Assembly (NCBI GenBank): GCA_947258425.1
Contig: CAMYIG010000001.1
Coordinates: 866-64,865 of the forward strand
DNA from: an uncultured Gammaproteobacteria bacterium
GTDB taxonomy: Bacteria > Pseudomonadota > Gammaproteobacteria > SZUA-140
Direction of reading: 5' to 3'
Length of the DNA stretch: 64,000 nucleotides
Shown: positions 1 through 9,636 of the stretch, in pieces
Layout of the letters: the number at the start of each line of letters is the position of its first letter
Numbering within the stretch: position 1 is the stretch's first letter
Program-made: the position numbers and the translations under genes
The notes under the pieces: generated by a model
The model's input: the letters and a program-made list of their open reading frames with translations, nothing else
Databases searched by the model: none
Told to the model about the DNA's origin: nothing

Positions 1-1282
1 CATAACGCCGCAGGCGCAGTGGATAATGCATCTCAAGGCTTTCGATCGGGGTGTTACGGGTATTGGTCATATGTGTCTGCGCCGCGCTAAGACCATCCAC
101 CTCAGCACCTGCCCCCATACCGCCACCGATGGTTTCGTAGTAATCCCACGCCTGTACAGTGCCATTTCGCGTCACTACCCCGCCCATCGCGACATTATTC
201 ATACTGCCGTGGCTCGCGGCCGGTACCTTATGCGGGATCGCCTGCGCCAATGCGCCCATCACGACATCAACAATGCGCGTGCTGGTTTCAACATTGCCAG
301 CCGCCACGGCCGCTGGACGGCGTGCATTTATGAGTGTCCCAGCGGGAATCGACAGGGTGACCGGGCGAAAGCTTCCCGCACACGCGGGCGTCTGCGCTGG
401 CATCAGGCAGCGGAAGACATAAAACGCAGCGGCGGCAGCCACCGACAGTGGACAGTTAATATTCCCCATGACCTGTGGCGCAGTGCCCGCGAAATCGAGG
501 TGCATCCGCCCTTGTTTCGCATGCAGCGCGACCTCAATGCGGATATCTTGCTGCCCCATGCCGTCATCGTCCATCACGTCATCAAAATGGTAACGGCCAT
601 CTGGAATCTCGCGAAGACTGCTTAATGCCAACCGTTCGGCGTAATCGTTGAGCGCAACCAACGCCTCACGAAACGATGCAATCCCCATCAGCTCGATCAG
701 CGCTTCAAGTCGCGCCACACCACAGCGGTTGGCGCTCAGCTGTGCCGAGTAGTCACCGTGAGACTGAAAGCTGTTACGGCTCTGCCCGGTAATCTCGGAT
801 AACACTGCCGCATCGAGCACGCCGCCGCGCACGATGAAAGTCGGCGGGATAATCACCCCTTCTTCTACAAGCGTTTGCGAGATCGGCATCGACCCCGGCG
901 TGGTCGCACCAATGTCTGCGTGGTGCGCGCGATTTGCCACAAAGCCCACCAGCACATCGCCGATAAAAAGCGGCGCGATTAGCGTGACATCGGGCAGATG
1001 TGTGCCACCAAGGTAGGGATCGTTCACCACCACCATATCACCCGCCTGCCATTCAAGCGCCGTGACAATCCCGGACATGGCAAAGGCCATACTGCCAAGG
1101 TGCACCGGAATATGCGCCGCCTGCGCGCACAGCTCGCCCGCAGGATCAAACACTGCACAGGAGAAATCGAGCCGATCTTTGATGTTGGGCGAGAGCGCCG
1201 TAGATTGCAGTACCGCCCCCATTTCCTCACAAATGGCATTAATACGGCTGGCAAAGATACTCAGTGAGATAGAATCCATCAT
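1..1282 (-). CDS. Hydantoinase B/oxoprolinase family protein (HyuB-like), partial: C-terminus runs off the window start
   Basis: Not in the ORF track because it is truncated. My minus-strand translation from the ATG at 1282 gives MMDSISLSIFASRINAICEEMGAVLQSTALSPNIKDRLDFSCAVFD...VVVNDPYLGGTHLPDVTLIAPLF. The DPYxGGTHLPD block is typical of Hydantoinase_B. The listed plus-strand ORFs here are antisense artefacts. Confidence 0.7.
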   Translation of the reverse strand, partial: MMDSISLSIFASRINAICEEMGAVLQSTALSPNIKDRLDFSCAVFDPAGELCAQAAHIPVHLGSMAFAMSGIVTALEWQAGDMVVVNDPYLGGTHLPDVTLIAPLFIGDVLVGFVANRAHHADIGATTPGSMPISQTLVEEGVIIPPTFIVRGGVLDAAVLSEITGQSRNSFQSHGDYSAQLSANRCGVARLEALIELMGIASFREALVALNDYAERLALSSLREIPDGRYHFDDVMDDDGMGQQDIRIEVALHAKQGRMHLDFAGTAPQVMGNINCPLSVAAAAAFYVFRCLMPAQTPACAGSFRPVTLSIPAGTLINARRPAAVAAGNVETSTRIVDVVMGALAQAIPHKVPAASHGSMNNVAMGGVVTRNGTVQAWDYYETIGGGMGAGAEVDGLSAAQTHMTNTRNTPIESLEMHYPLRLRRY

Positions 1283-1388
1283 GCCGCTTATCTTAACAGA
1301 GCAGACAGGCACTGCGAATCACATTGATTTATGCACGATTTAGCGTTAGTTTATGCGCCATCCAGTGATTACAATAAAGGAAACTGAC

Positions 1389-1970
1389 ATGGAACATAAA
1401 CTCCCCGAGCTACCTTATGCAATGAATGCCCTAGAACCTCACATCTCTGCGGAGACACTTGAGTTTCACTACGGCAAACATCATCAGACTTACGTCACCA
1501 ATTTGAATAACCTGATTAAAGGTACTGAATTTGAATCGATGACACTGGAAGAGATCATTCAAAAATCAAGTGGCGGCATGTTTAACAATGCGGCACAGAT
1601 CTGGAATCATTCATTCTACTGGAACTGCCTGAGCCCTAACGGCGGCGGCGAACCTACCGGCGCACTGCTGGATGCGATCAACAGCAGCTTCGGTTCATTC
1701 GACGAATTCAAAACCAAGTTCAGCCAGACCTCCATCACCACCTTCGGTTCTGGTTGGGGTTGGCTGGTCAAAAATAGTGATGGCTCACTGGCACTGGCGA
1801 GTACCAGCAATGCTGGCACCCCAATGACCTCAGATCAAACTGCACTGCTCACCTGCGATGTGTGGGAACACGCCTACTATGTTGATTACCGCAATGCACG
1901 CCCCAAGTATGTCGAGGCGTTCTGGAACCTGGTTAACTGGGAATTTGTAGCGAAGAATTTCGCGGCATAA
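1389..1970 (+). CDS. sodB: Fe-type superoxide dismutase
   Basis: [36 protein letters not shown]...[31 protein letters not shown] is the classic Fe/Mn-SOD signature (metal ligands H, H, D, H; Fe-type context). ATG at 1389 preceded by aaagga. The 1353 start in the track adds 12 unlikely residues. Confidence 0.93.
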   Translation: MEHKLPELPYAMNALEPHISAETLEFHYGKHHQTYVTNLNNLIKGTEFESMTLEEIIQKSSGGMFNNAAQIWNHSFYWNCLSPNGGGEPTGALLDAINSSFGSFDEFKTKFSQTSITTFGSGWGWLVKNSDGSLALASTSNAGTPMTSDQTALLTCDVWEHAYYVDYRNARPKYVEAFWNLVNWEFVAKNFAA

Positions 1971-1983
1971 GCAACACTAAAAA

Positions 1984-2010
1984 ACAGGGGAGGCAGTACG
2001 CCTTCCCTGT
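1984..2010 (+). terminator. Hairpin downstream of sodB (possible terminator, no clear U-tract)
   Basis: acaggggaggc-agtac-gccttccctgt: 11 bp stem with one G.U pair and a 5 nt loop, 14 nt after the sodB stop. No T-run follows, so function is uncertain. Confidence 0.35.
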
Positions 2011-2037
2011 CCTCAATGCTCATTCGTTTACATCGTT

Positions 2038-2583
2038 ATGAATCAAGCCCTACACCTCAGACAAATCGCAGCAGTCACGCCACTTGATGACACCGAGGCA
2101 TCCCACCAACAGGCCATGCTTTCGTTTGTGGAGCGTCATCATGATTTCTACAAAAGAACGCTGACGACAGGCCATGTTACTGGCTCTGCATGGATCATCA
2201 ATCCAGCATGTAGCCATGCGCTGATGCTTCACCACAAGAAACTTGATCGATGGTTACAGCCCGGCGGCCATATTGAAGAGGAGCTTGATATACTCAATAG
2301 CGCCCTGCGTGAGGCGCAGGAAGAGACTGGCATCTCAGATCTTAAGATCGTCAGTGATGCCATTTTTGATCTTGATATTCACGTCATTCCAGCCAATAAG
2401 AAAGAAGCAGAACATCAACATTATGACATTCGTTATCTGTTTGAAGCGGAACTCGATGCAACACCTGCGGTATCCGATGAATCAAACGACGTCAGGTGGT
2501 TTACCCTTGATGAGATCTCAAAAATCAATAGTGACGCATCCATTCAACGGATGATTTTAAAGACGATTACCCTTAAAATATAG
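2038..2583 (+). CDS. NUDIX hydrolase
   Basis: Nudix box GGHIEEELDILNSALREAQEETGI (REUxEExGU present, one-residue spacer variation). Confidence 0.8.
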   Translation: MNQALHLRQIAAVTPLDDTEASHQQAMLSFVERHHDFYKRTLTTGHVTGSAWIINPACSHALMLHHKKLDRWLQPGGHIEEELDILNSALREAQEETGISDLKIVSDAIFDLDIHVIPANKKEAEHQHYDIRYLFEAELDATPAVSDESNDVRWFTLDEISKINSDASIQRMILKTITLKI

Positions 2584-2649
2584 CGTTCAGACCATCAATA
2601 TACTGCTAATTAAGCACTAGAGTCTTGCGTATATCCCTGCCACTCGTAA

Positions 2650-3849
2650 TTAAAAATCGGGTTCGTTTTCTTTCACCAGCTCACGTTGCAATTCGTTTTC
2701 AGCATCTGCATCATCCAGACATTTTGAGATAACACTCAAGCCATCATCCTGCTCTTGCAGATTTTGCAATCCTCCCTCAAGAATGCGGGCATTGAGCCCT
2801 TGCTGTGCCATTAAAAACGCCGCTATCGTGCTGCGCTTGCCAATATCACAACAGACTACATACTCTTTACTCTTATCAAGAATGGATGCCGCCTTCCACA
2901 ACGTCGCCAGCGGCAAGTTGATACTGCCTCGCAGGCTCATTTTTTCAAATGCCGAATGGATTCGAACATCCAGTAACACCGCGCCCTCATCCTGCATCAT
3001 CAACATCTGCTCATATGACACCCGTTTGATGTAAGGGGTTACCAGCAGTGTCATAAACTCACTCTTGGGAATACGCACCAGTGCGCCATCTTCCAGCATT
3101 GTCACGGTGCTACTGTGCGGGGTATCGCCAATCAACGCACTCTCGCCAAATCCGCGCCCAATACCCAGTTCCGCCAGGCGGCTCTTTTTATCGGTTCCCT
3201 TAATAGAGCGGGTCACCACGCAGCTACCCTTTGTAATCACATAATAAAAATCACCCTCATCGCCTTCTTTCACCACGGCTTCACCCGCTTTTACGCAGAT
3301 CTCTTCTAAACGACGGGTCAACACCTGCACATGCGGACTTGGCAGGCGGAAAAAAAGTGGGGAATTTAACACCCACTCAATGCGTGCCGATCTTGAACGA
3401 TTATCTTTACTGCTCTCCATCCGATCTGTTTTATTAACAGCGACCATCGGTGTCGTTTTATTCAGCTTATAGAGCAGCTCAGTCGCCACGGAAAGCAGTG
3501 TCACACTACTCCTGGCCAATGCCGTCACCTCTCGGGGCTTGCTATCTGCGACTGCCTCCAACGCCTCATTACTGCCCGCCTTGATAGTAATCGCGGGATG
3601 CCCTTCCGCAATCAATGCAATTTGACCGGAGAGTAAAAAGACACTCTTACCATCCATATCCCCTTGATTGAAAATACGTCGCCCCGGTGGCAAGCGCTCA
3701 ACCGTGGCTTCATTCGCGATCGATTCCAGCATTTCAGCCGTAAAAGCAGTAAAAGGCTCAAATACGCTGAGATCAACGGTTTCAGGGATTTGATTTTTAT
3801 CTGGAGTTTTCAGGGGCTGCACAACTGCCTCACCGCTCATATTGACCAT
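2650..3849 (-). CDS. Cyclic-nucleotide-binding domain protein (two cNMP-like domains) with C-terminal rhodanese domain
   Basis: Second cNMP domain: VVKEGDEGDFYYVITKGSCVV...FGESALIGDTPHSSTVT. A weaker first domain: IFNQGDMDGKSVFLLSGQIAL. C-terminal rhodanese with active-site loop CCDIGKRS (CxxGxRS), at about 2695-2997. Confidence 0.75.
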   Translation of the reverse strand: MVNMSGEAVVQPLKTPDKNQIPETVDLSVFEPFTAFTAEMLESIANEATVERLPPGRRIFNQGDMDGKSVFLLSGQIALIAEGHPAITIKAGSNEALEAVADSKPREVTALARSSVTLLSVATELLYKLNKTTPMVAVNKTDRMESSKDNRSRSARIEWVLNSPLFFRLPSPHVQVLTRRLEEICVKAGEAVVKEGDEGDFYYVITKGSCVVTRSIKGTDKKSRLAELGIGRGFGESALIGDTPHSSTVTMLEDGALVRIPKSEFMTLLVTPYIKRVSYEQMLMMQDEGAVLLDVRIHSAFEKMSLRGSINLPLATLWKAASILDKSKEYVVCCDIGKRSTIAAFLMAQQGLNARILEGGLQNLQEQDDGLSVISKCLDDADAENELQRELVKENEPDF

Positions 3850-4226
3850 CCTTCATTAAGAAGTTTTTTATATCGAATTGATACCTAAAAAACACCCGAT
3901 TACGGAATAATTAATAAATATCATTAAGTTAAACTTGTTATTTCGCTATTATTGAGGCAATAAACTGTTCTCTGATGAGAAAACGGTGCGCATGTCACCC
4001 ATGATCTCAACCTGACCCGTAAATGATATATCGGCTATTTACCTATAAAAATGAAATATTTGATTCAGCCGCAACTACCCCACCATCGAAAAAACAGGGG
4101 TATTTATCGTAGGTACATACTTTCCGAAACAGTAAAATCCGCTATACTTTCTCGTTTGCTACGAAAGTGGCGGCCGGCATAATCACTGGCTGCCTTTTTG
4201 CTTTATGGAATATGAAGAATTTAACC

Positions 4227-5414
4227 ATGCCTGATTCAATTATGCCGACCTACGCACGTCTGCCAGTCACCTTTAAAAAAGGTGAAGGCGCCTGGCTGTG
4301 GGATACCCATGACCAGCGTTACCTCGATGCACTGAGCGGCATCGGCGTCTGTGGGCTGGGGCACGCCCACCCGGCCGTTGCCGCGACACTCGCTCAACAG
4401 GGCAGCACACTGATCCACACCAGCAACCTTTACCACATCCCACAGCAACAGCAGCTGGCCGATCAACTGATGCGCCTTTCTGGCATGGAGCAGGCCTTCT
4501 TTACCAATTCTGGTGCCGAGTCCTGCGAGGCTGCGATCAAGATTGCCCGGCTTTATGGGCACAATAAGGACATCACCACCCCCACCGTGGTGGTCACCGA
4601 AGGGAGCTTTCACGGGCGCACCCTCGCCACCCTCTCGGCCAGCGGTAGCCGTAAGGTGCAGGCCGGCTTTGAGCCACTAGTTCAGGGCTTTGTGCGCGCT
4701 AAATTTAACGACATCGATGAGCTCCGCGAGATCGCTAAAAACAGCGGTGATACTGTGGCGATTCTAGTCGAACCCATTCAGGGCGAAGGCGGCATCAATG
4801 TGCCCGATGACCACTACCTCACGGCAGTACGTGAACTCTGCGATGAGTATGGCTGGTTGATGATGCTAGATGAGGTTCAGACCGGCATCTGTCGCACCGG
4901 CAAATGGTTTGCATGGCAACACAGTGATATTCGGCCAGATGTCGTCACGCTTGCCAAAGGGCTCGGCAACGGCTTCCCGATTGGCGCATGCCTGGTTTCA
5001 GGCCCGGCGACCAATGTATTGCAGGCGGGTAACCACGGCTCTACCTTTGGGGGGAATCCGCTGGCCTGTAGCGTCGCGCTGACCGTGCTTCAGACAATGG
5101 AAAAAGAACAGCTTGCTGCACGTGCCGAGCAACTCGGCGAGCGCCTCCGCACAAACCTGACACAGGCGTTTGCCGAGGAAACGGGCGTAGCCGCCATTCG
5201 AGGTAAAGGGCTCATGATCGGCGTTGAACTTGATCGCCCATGTGGTGTGCTGCTCAAGGATGCCCTTGAAGCAGGTCTGCTGATCAGCATTCAGGCCGAC
5301 AACGTGATTCGTCTTCTACCACCCCTGATCATCAGCGATGAAGAGGCGGATGAGATCGTGGCGCGTCTGAAGACAATCGTGACAACATTCCTCAAAAAAG
5401 AAGCCCCATTATGA
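4227..5414 (+). CDS. argD: Acetylornithine aminotransferase (class III PLP aminotransferase)
   Basis: [59 protein letters not shown] and [13 protein letters not shown] (PLP lysine). Overlaps argF by 4 nt. Start uncertain (GTG 4167, ATG 4212/4227/4242); 4227 chosen. Confidence 0.85.
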   Translation: MPDSIMPTYARLPVTFKKGEGAWLWDTHDQRYLDALSGIGVCGLGHAHPAVAATLAQQGSTLIHTSNLYHIPQQQQLADQLMRLSGMEQAFFTNSGAESCEAAIKIARLYGHNKDITTPTVVVTEGSFHGRTLATLSASGSRKVQAGFEPLVQGFVRAKFNDIDELREIAKNSGDTVAILVEPIQGEGGINVPDDHYLTAVRELCDEYGWLMMLDEVQTGICRTGKWFAWQHSDIRPDVVTLAKGLGNGFPIGACLVSGPATNVLQAGNHGSTFGGNPLACSVALTVLQTMEKEQLAARAEQLGERLRTNLTQAFAEETGVAAIRGKGLMIGVELDRPCGVLLKDALEAGLLISIQADNVIRLLPPLIISDEEADEIVARLKTIVTTFLKKEAPL

Positions 5415-6319
5415 TTCGCCATTTCCTCACCCTGAATGACCTGACGCCGGCCGAACTGGAGACGTTAATACAGCGCGCCATCGAATTAAAACGGATGCGG
5501 GCTAATGGCGAAAGCTATGAGCCATTCCGCGGCAAAGTGCTCGGCATGCTGTTTGAAAAGTCGTCCACCCGTACCCGCGTCTCGTTCGAAGCGGGCATGG
5601 CTCACTTCGGCGGCAGTGCGATCTTCCTCTCGCCACGTGATACGCAGTTTGGCCGCGGCGAGCCGGTTGAAGATACCGCCCGCGTGCTATCGCGCATGGT
5701 CGATCTTATTATGATTCGCACCTATGCCCACGAGACCCTGGTTACCTTCGCCGCCCATTCTCAGGTCCCGGTGATCAACGCCCTGTCTGATATGTATCAC
5801 CCCTGCCAGCTCCTCGCGGATATGCAGACCTGGTACGAACAGCGCGGCAGTATTCGCGGCAAACAGGTGGCATGGATCGGCGACGGCAACAATATGTGCC
5901 ACTCTTATATTAATGCCGCGCGTCAATTTGGCTTTCAGTTACGTATCGCATCGCCGCCGGGCTACACCCCCGATGCCACACTGCTTGCGTCACATCAGGA
6001 CTGCGTCACACTCACTCATGACCCGCTCGAAGCGGCCAGCGGAGCGGATCTCATCGTTACCGACGTATGGGCCAGCATGGGCCAGGAAGAAGAAAGCAGC
6101 AAACGCATCCTCGACTTCAAGGCGTACCAGGTCAACAGCCACCTCATGGCTGCCGCTGACAAGGACGCCCTATTTATGCACTGTCTGCCGGCACATCGCG
6201 GCGAAGAGGTCAGCGCGGAGGTCATTGACGGACGCCAGAGCGTGGTATGGGATGAGGCGGAAAATCGCCTGCATGCGCAGAAGGCGCTGATCGAGTTTCT
6301 ACTTAAATTAAGTGCTTAA
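5411..6319 (+). CDS. argF: Ornithine carbamoyltransferase
   Basis: Carbamoyl-phosphate motif [17 protein letters not shown] and [11 protein letters not shown]. Length 302 aa. Confidence 0.92.
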   Translation: MIRHFLTLNDLTPAELETLIQRAIELKRMRANGESYEPFRGKVLGMLFEKSSTRTRVSFEAGMAHFGGSAIFLSPRDTQFGRGEPVEDTARVLSRMVDLIMIRTYAHETLVTFAAHSQVPVINALSDMYHPCQLLADMQTWYEQRGSIRGKQVAWIGDGNNMCHSYINAARQFGFQLRIASPPGYTPDATLLASHQDCVTLTHDPLEAASGADLIVTDVWASMGQEEESSKRILDFKAYQVNSHLMAAADKDALFMHCLPAHRGEEVSAEVIDGRQSVVWDEAENRLHAQKALIEFLLKLSA

Positions 6320-6326
6320 ACATCAG

Positions 6327-7373
6327 ATGAGCGCCCTACTCGACATTAAAAACATTGAGTGCCACTACCAGGGCCAGGCGATCATTCGTGAGCTCTCATT
6401 TCATGTTAATCAAGGAGATATCTCCTGCCTGCTCGGCCCCAGTGGTTGCGGAAAAACAACCGCACTACGGGCGATCGCCGGCCTTGAACCTATCCATCAC
6501 GGCAGTATCACACTGCGCGATAGGCAGGTCTCCACTCCCAGCAATATGCTCGCGCCAGAGAAACGCAAACTGGGGATGGTATTTCAGGATTACGCCCTGT
6601 TTCCACATCTCAATGTGTACAACAACATCACCTTTGGCCTGCGCGATATGAATAAAGCTGAGAAGCAGCAACGCGCCGATGAACTCCTGGCACTGGTCAA
6701 TCTTGAGGGTTTCGGCAGACGCTACCCACACGAGCTCTCAGGAGGACAACAGCAACGTATTGCGCTGGCACGAGCCATCGCATCAAAACCCGACCTGTTA
6801 CTGCTCGACGAGCCGTTCTCCAATCTCGATATCGATCTACGAGAAAAACTGGGGCTTGAGATCCGTAATATTCTAAAAAGTCAGGGCATTACCGCTTTGT
6901 TGGTCACTCACGATCAACACGAGGCCTTTGCGCTAGGTGACATGGTTGGCGTCATGAATGAAGGGCATATCCTCCAGTGGGATACCCCGTTCAATCTCTA
7001 CCACGAACCCACCAGTCGCTTCGTCGCCAATTTTATCGGGCAGGGCATTTTCATCAAGGGGACGCTGCTCGCACCCAATTTGGTCAAAACTGATATCGGT
7101 GAAATTCAGGGCGACCGTGCCTACCCATGGCCCCTCCATTCAGATGTCGAGGTGCTGATTCGACCCGACGATATCCTCCCCGAGAGCGATAGTGGCCTAC
7201 GCGCTGAAGTTGTCGATAAGGCCTTCAAAGGGGCCGAAATTATGTACACATTGAAGCTACCCAACGGCAGCCGGGTGCTTTCACTATTTCCAAGTCACCA
7301 CCACCACGCGGTGGGTGAACAAGTTGGGATTCGCATCGCTGCAGACCACCTGGTCGCATTTCCAGCATCGTAA
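6327..7373 (+). CDS. ABC transporter ATP-binding protein (FbpC/PotA-like importer ATPase with C-terminal TOBE-like region)
   Basis: Walker A GPSGCGKTT, signature LSGGQQQR, Walker B LLLLDEPFS and H-loop VTHD. ATG at 6327 preferred over GTG 6312. No permease or binding-protein gene is adjacent. Confidence 0.85.
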   Translation: MSALLDIKNIECHYQGQAIIRELSFHVNQGDISCLLGPSGCGKTTALRAIAGLEPIHHGSITLRDRQVSTPSNMLAPEKRKLGMVFQDYALFPHLNVYNNITFGLRDMNKAEKQQRADELLALVNLEGFGRRYPHELSGGQQQRIALARAIASKPDLLLLDEPFSNLDIDLREKLGLEIRNILKSQGITALLVTHDQHEAFALGDMVGVMNEGHILQWDTPFNLYHEPTSRFVANFIGQGIFIKGTLLAPNLVKTDIGEIQGDRAYPWPLHSDVEVLIRPDDILPESDSGLRAEVVDKAFKGAEIMYTLKLPNGSRVLSLFPSHHHHAVGEQVGIRIAADHLVAFPAS

Positions 7374-7440
7374 ACAGGCAAGCCTGACACCGCAGGAAAA
7401 CTGCCCCCTGGCGGCTACGTAACACCCAACCTTTCAAACA

Positions 7441-7475
7441 AAAAAAACGGTAGGCTGCAGCAGCCTACCGTTTTT
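7441..7475. terminator. Bidirectional rho-independent terminator between the ABC ATPase (+) and cytochrome c4 (-)
   Basis: aaaaaaa-cggtaggctg-cag-cagcctaccg-ttttt: perfect 10 bp stem with a 3 nt loop, flanked by an A-run and a T-run. Confidence 0.85.
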
Positions 7476-7527
7476 CTTTGCTTCCACTGCTCACCTGACC
7501 GAAATCAGGCACTACCACCTAAATAAA

Positions 7528-8178
7528 TTAAGGTAATTGAGCCGAAAGGTAATTAGCAGCGGCGTTCACCTCTCTATCCGAGAGCTTTTTCGCAATATCA
7601 CCCATCATTCCAGCGGGATCATTTGCGCGTGCACCGCTCTTAAAATCCTTCAGCTGCTTGATGATGTAGTCACGATGCTGGCCACCAATTCTTGGAAATA
7701 CCGCGATGTTTGGCGCTTTCCCTTTACCACGATCGCCATGGCAATTCACACAACCATATACACCGGTCTTTGGGTTTCCTTCATAAAACAATTTCTTACC
7801 TTCAGCGGCTAGCTTCTTATCCACAGGTACGAGCGGTTTTTTCGCCATTTTCTGTGCAGCAAAATAAGAACCAATATCCTTGGCATCCTGTAAAGAGGCT
7901 ACCATGGCCGCCATACCCGCCATGGTGTCATTATTGGCGCGATGGCCTTTCTGAAAGTCTCTGATTTGCTTAACGATATACATTTCATACTGCCCAGCAA
8001 GACGAGGAAATGTAGCGTCAGGACTGTTGCCATCACCACCGTGGCAACCGCCACATAATCCAGCCTGCATTTCACCGGCGACTGGGTCACCTACCTTAGC
8101 AGCATGCGCCCCACTAACTAGCACCAGTGACGCCAGCCCCCCCAAAAGTGCTATCAATATGCGTGATTTCTTGATCAT
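7528..8178 (-). CDS. Dihaem cytochrome c4, periplasmic
   Basis: Signal peptide MIKKSRILIALLGGLASLVLVSGAHA. Two CxxCH haem sites (CGGCHG, CVNCHG) in duplicated halves with downstream Met ligands. Confidence 0.88.
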   Translation of the reverse strand: MIKKSRILIALLGGLASLVLVSGAHAAKVGDPVAGEMQAGLCGGCHGGDGNSPDATFPRLAGQYEMYIVKQIRDFQKGHRANNDTMAGMAAMVASLQDAKDIGSYFAAQKMAKKPLVPVDKKLAAEGKKLFYEGNPKTGVYGCVNCHGDRGKGKAPNIAVFPRIGGQHRDYIIKQLKDFKSGARANDPAGMMGDIAKKLSDREVNAAANYLSAQLP

Positions 8179-8333
8179 AAAATGGACCCTTTTATTTTTA
8201 TATTGTGCTCCCCAAACACCATATCACGCACACGAACTCGTTTACACTATCAATCTCTCTGCCTTACGTCAATCCGAAGCTGATCGAAATTACCACAATT
8301 AACGCAATTCCACACCAGGCGATCACCCCATGC

Positions 8334-9332
8334 TCATTTTGATTGCCATAATCCAGTCAATTTGGATTGATGCGACTTCAATCCCCCCTCAAGCACTTCG
8401 ACCTTTTCTTCTAATGTGCACAGTCTTTGCTCCACATCAATCATCTTCTGGTTCACCTTATTATCTGCGCGATTATCCGCCCGACCATCCACATGGCTAG
8501 CCGAGTTCTCTGGCGCATAAGTAACCTCCCCCCGCAACTCAGCGGTCACCGCTTTAACGACTTCACTATCTATTTTATGTAGCTCCTCGAGATACCCAAA
8601 GAGCATCAGTCGATCACATAATGTATTGATTTTTCTTGGTGTACCCAAGGTATAGGCAAAAATTTCATCGTAGGCTGACGCATCAAACTCGGGGTCATTT
8701 TTCCATCCCGCAGCCTCCAGTCGATGAGTGATATACCCTTGAACCTCATCGCGCTCAAGCGCCTTCAGATAATAGGAAGCAATCACACGTTGGCGCAGCT
8801 GCTCCAGCCCTTCAGCCTGCAAGGTCTTAACAAACTCCCGCTGCCCGAGGAGAAAGATCTGCAAAAGCGCAGCGCCACCGGCCTGAAAGTTAGACAGCAT
8901 ACGTAGCTCTTCCAGAGATTTAAGCGGGATATTCTGCACCTCATCAATCACTAGCAAAACCCGTTTACCGAGGCGCGCCTGTTCCACAAAAAAGGTTTCA
9001 AGCGCCTTTAACAGTGATGCCTTGTCGAGCCCTTCATGGGATAGATCAAAAGCAGAGGCGACCATCCGTAACATGTCATCGGCCTCTAACTGCGTCGTCA
9101 CAATTTTGGCGGCAACGAGATTATCCTCGGTCAGATGATCGAACATATTCTGTACCAGCGTCGTCTTGCCGGTGCCAATATCCCCCATGATGACAATAAA
9201 ACCTTCACCCTGCGTAATCCCGTAACGCAAGTAAGACATGCCACGCTTATGGCCACGGCTATTGTAAAAAAAGCGCGCATTTGGGCTCAGCTGAAACGGC
9301 TTGGCATGCAGGTTATAAAATGACTCGTACAT
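8334..9332 (-). CDS. ExeA/MshM-like AAA ATPase; candidate PEP-CTERM-locus secretion ATPase subfamily
   Basis: N-terminus MYESFYNLHAKPFQLSPNARFFY, Walker A GDIGTGKTT, Walker B LLVIDEVQ and a C-terminal coiled-coil tail. Subfamily assignment (TIGR03015-like) is from memory of the family, not a search. Confidence 0.75.
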   Translation of the reverse strand: MYESFYNLHAKPFQLSPNARFFYNSRGHKRGMSYLRYGITQGEGFIVIMGDIGTGKTTLVQNMFDHLTEDNLVAAKIVTTQLEADDMLRMVASAFDLSHEGLDKASLLKALETFFVEQARLGKRVLLVIDEVQNIPLKSLEELRMLSNFQAGGAALLQIFLLGQREFVKTLQAEGLEQLRQRVIASYYLKALERDEVQGYITHRLEAAGWKNDPEFDASAYDEIFAYTLGTPRKINTLCDRLMLFGYLEELHKIDSEVVKAVTAELRGEVTYAPENSASHVDGRADNRADNKVNQKMIDVEQRLCTLEEKVEVLEGGLKSHQSKLTGLWQSK

Positions 9333-9636
9333 AGTATTGTATTAATGGGTTTTAACAAATATCACTTATTCAGTAAAAAAGACAAACAAACGCACTCTGC
9401 TCAACCACATCTCATATTGTTCAAAGAGCAACATAATACAACTAACAGCGTCGTAACGCTCTCTATCATTAATCGCCAGTAGCAAACTATTTAATAGCAA
9501 TTTGGATTACTCAACCGATTTTCAATACACAAAAACCAGCAGACAATGATACCATTTTCGGGGTAATGCCTGAATATGCGCTAGAAATGAGAAGGCGTCG
9601 TCACTCAATCACCAAACGACTGGATATCATACGACC

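Noticed and set aside
26-1343. Plus-strand ORFs 26-625, 159-422, 834-1016, 998-1267 and 1062-1343 in the ORF track
   Set aside because: Their translations are low-complexity Arg/Ala/His-rich with no motifs. The opposite strand encodes a continuous, motif-bearing hydantoinase B-like protein across the whole interval. They are antisense artefacts of a GC-rich gene.
4052-4067. ARG-box-like sequence TGAAATATTTGATTCA upstream of argD
   Set aside because: The half-sites TGAA(A/T) and ATTCA are separated by 6 nt rather than the 4 nt of the 18 bp ArgR consensus. Only an 8 bp AAATATTT core is truly palindromic. This is suggestive at best and needs a PWM scan or comparative data.
4167-4226. GTG-initiated N-terminal extension of argD (MAAGIITGCLFALWNMKNLT)
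   Set aside because: The extension is hydrophobic and absent from the conserved aminotransferase N-terminus (MPTYARLPV...). An internal ATG is more plausible, although the exact start is unresolved.
6327-7373. Orphan ABC importer ATPase with no permease or binding protein nearby
   Set aside because: This was noted as slightly odd. However, ATPase genes separated from their partners are common, and the partner genes may lie outside the window. There is no evidence for anything novel.
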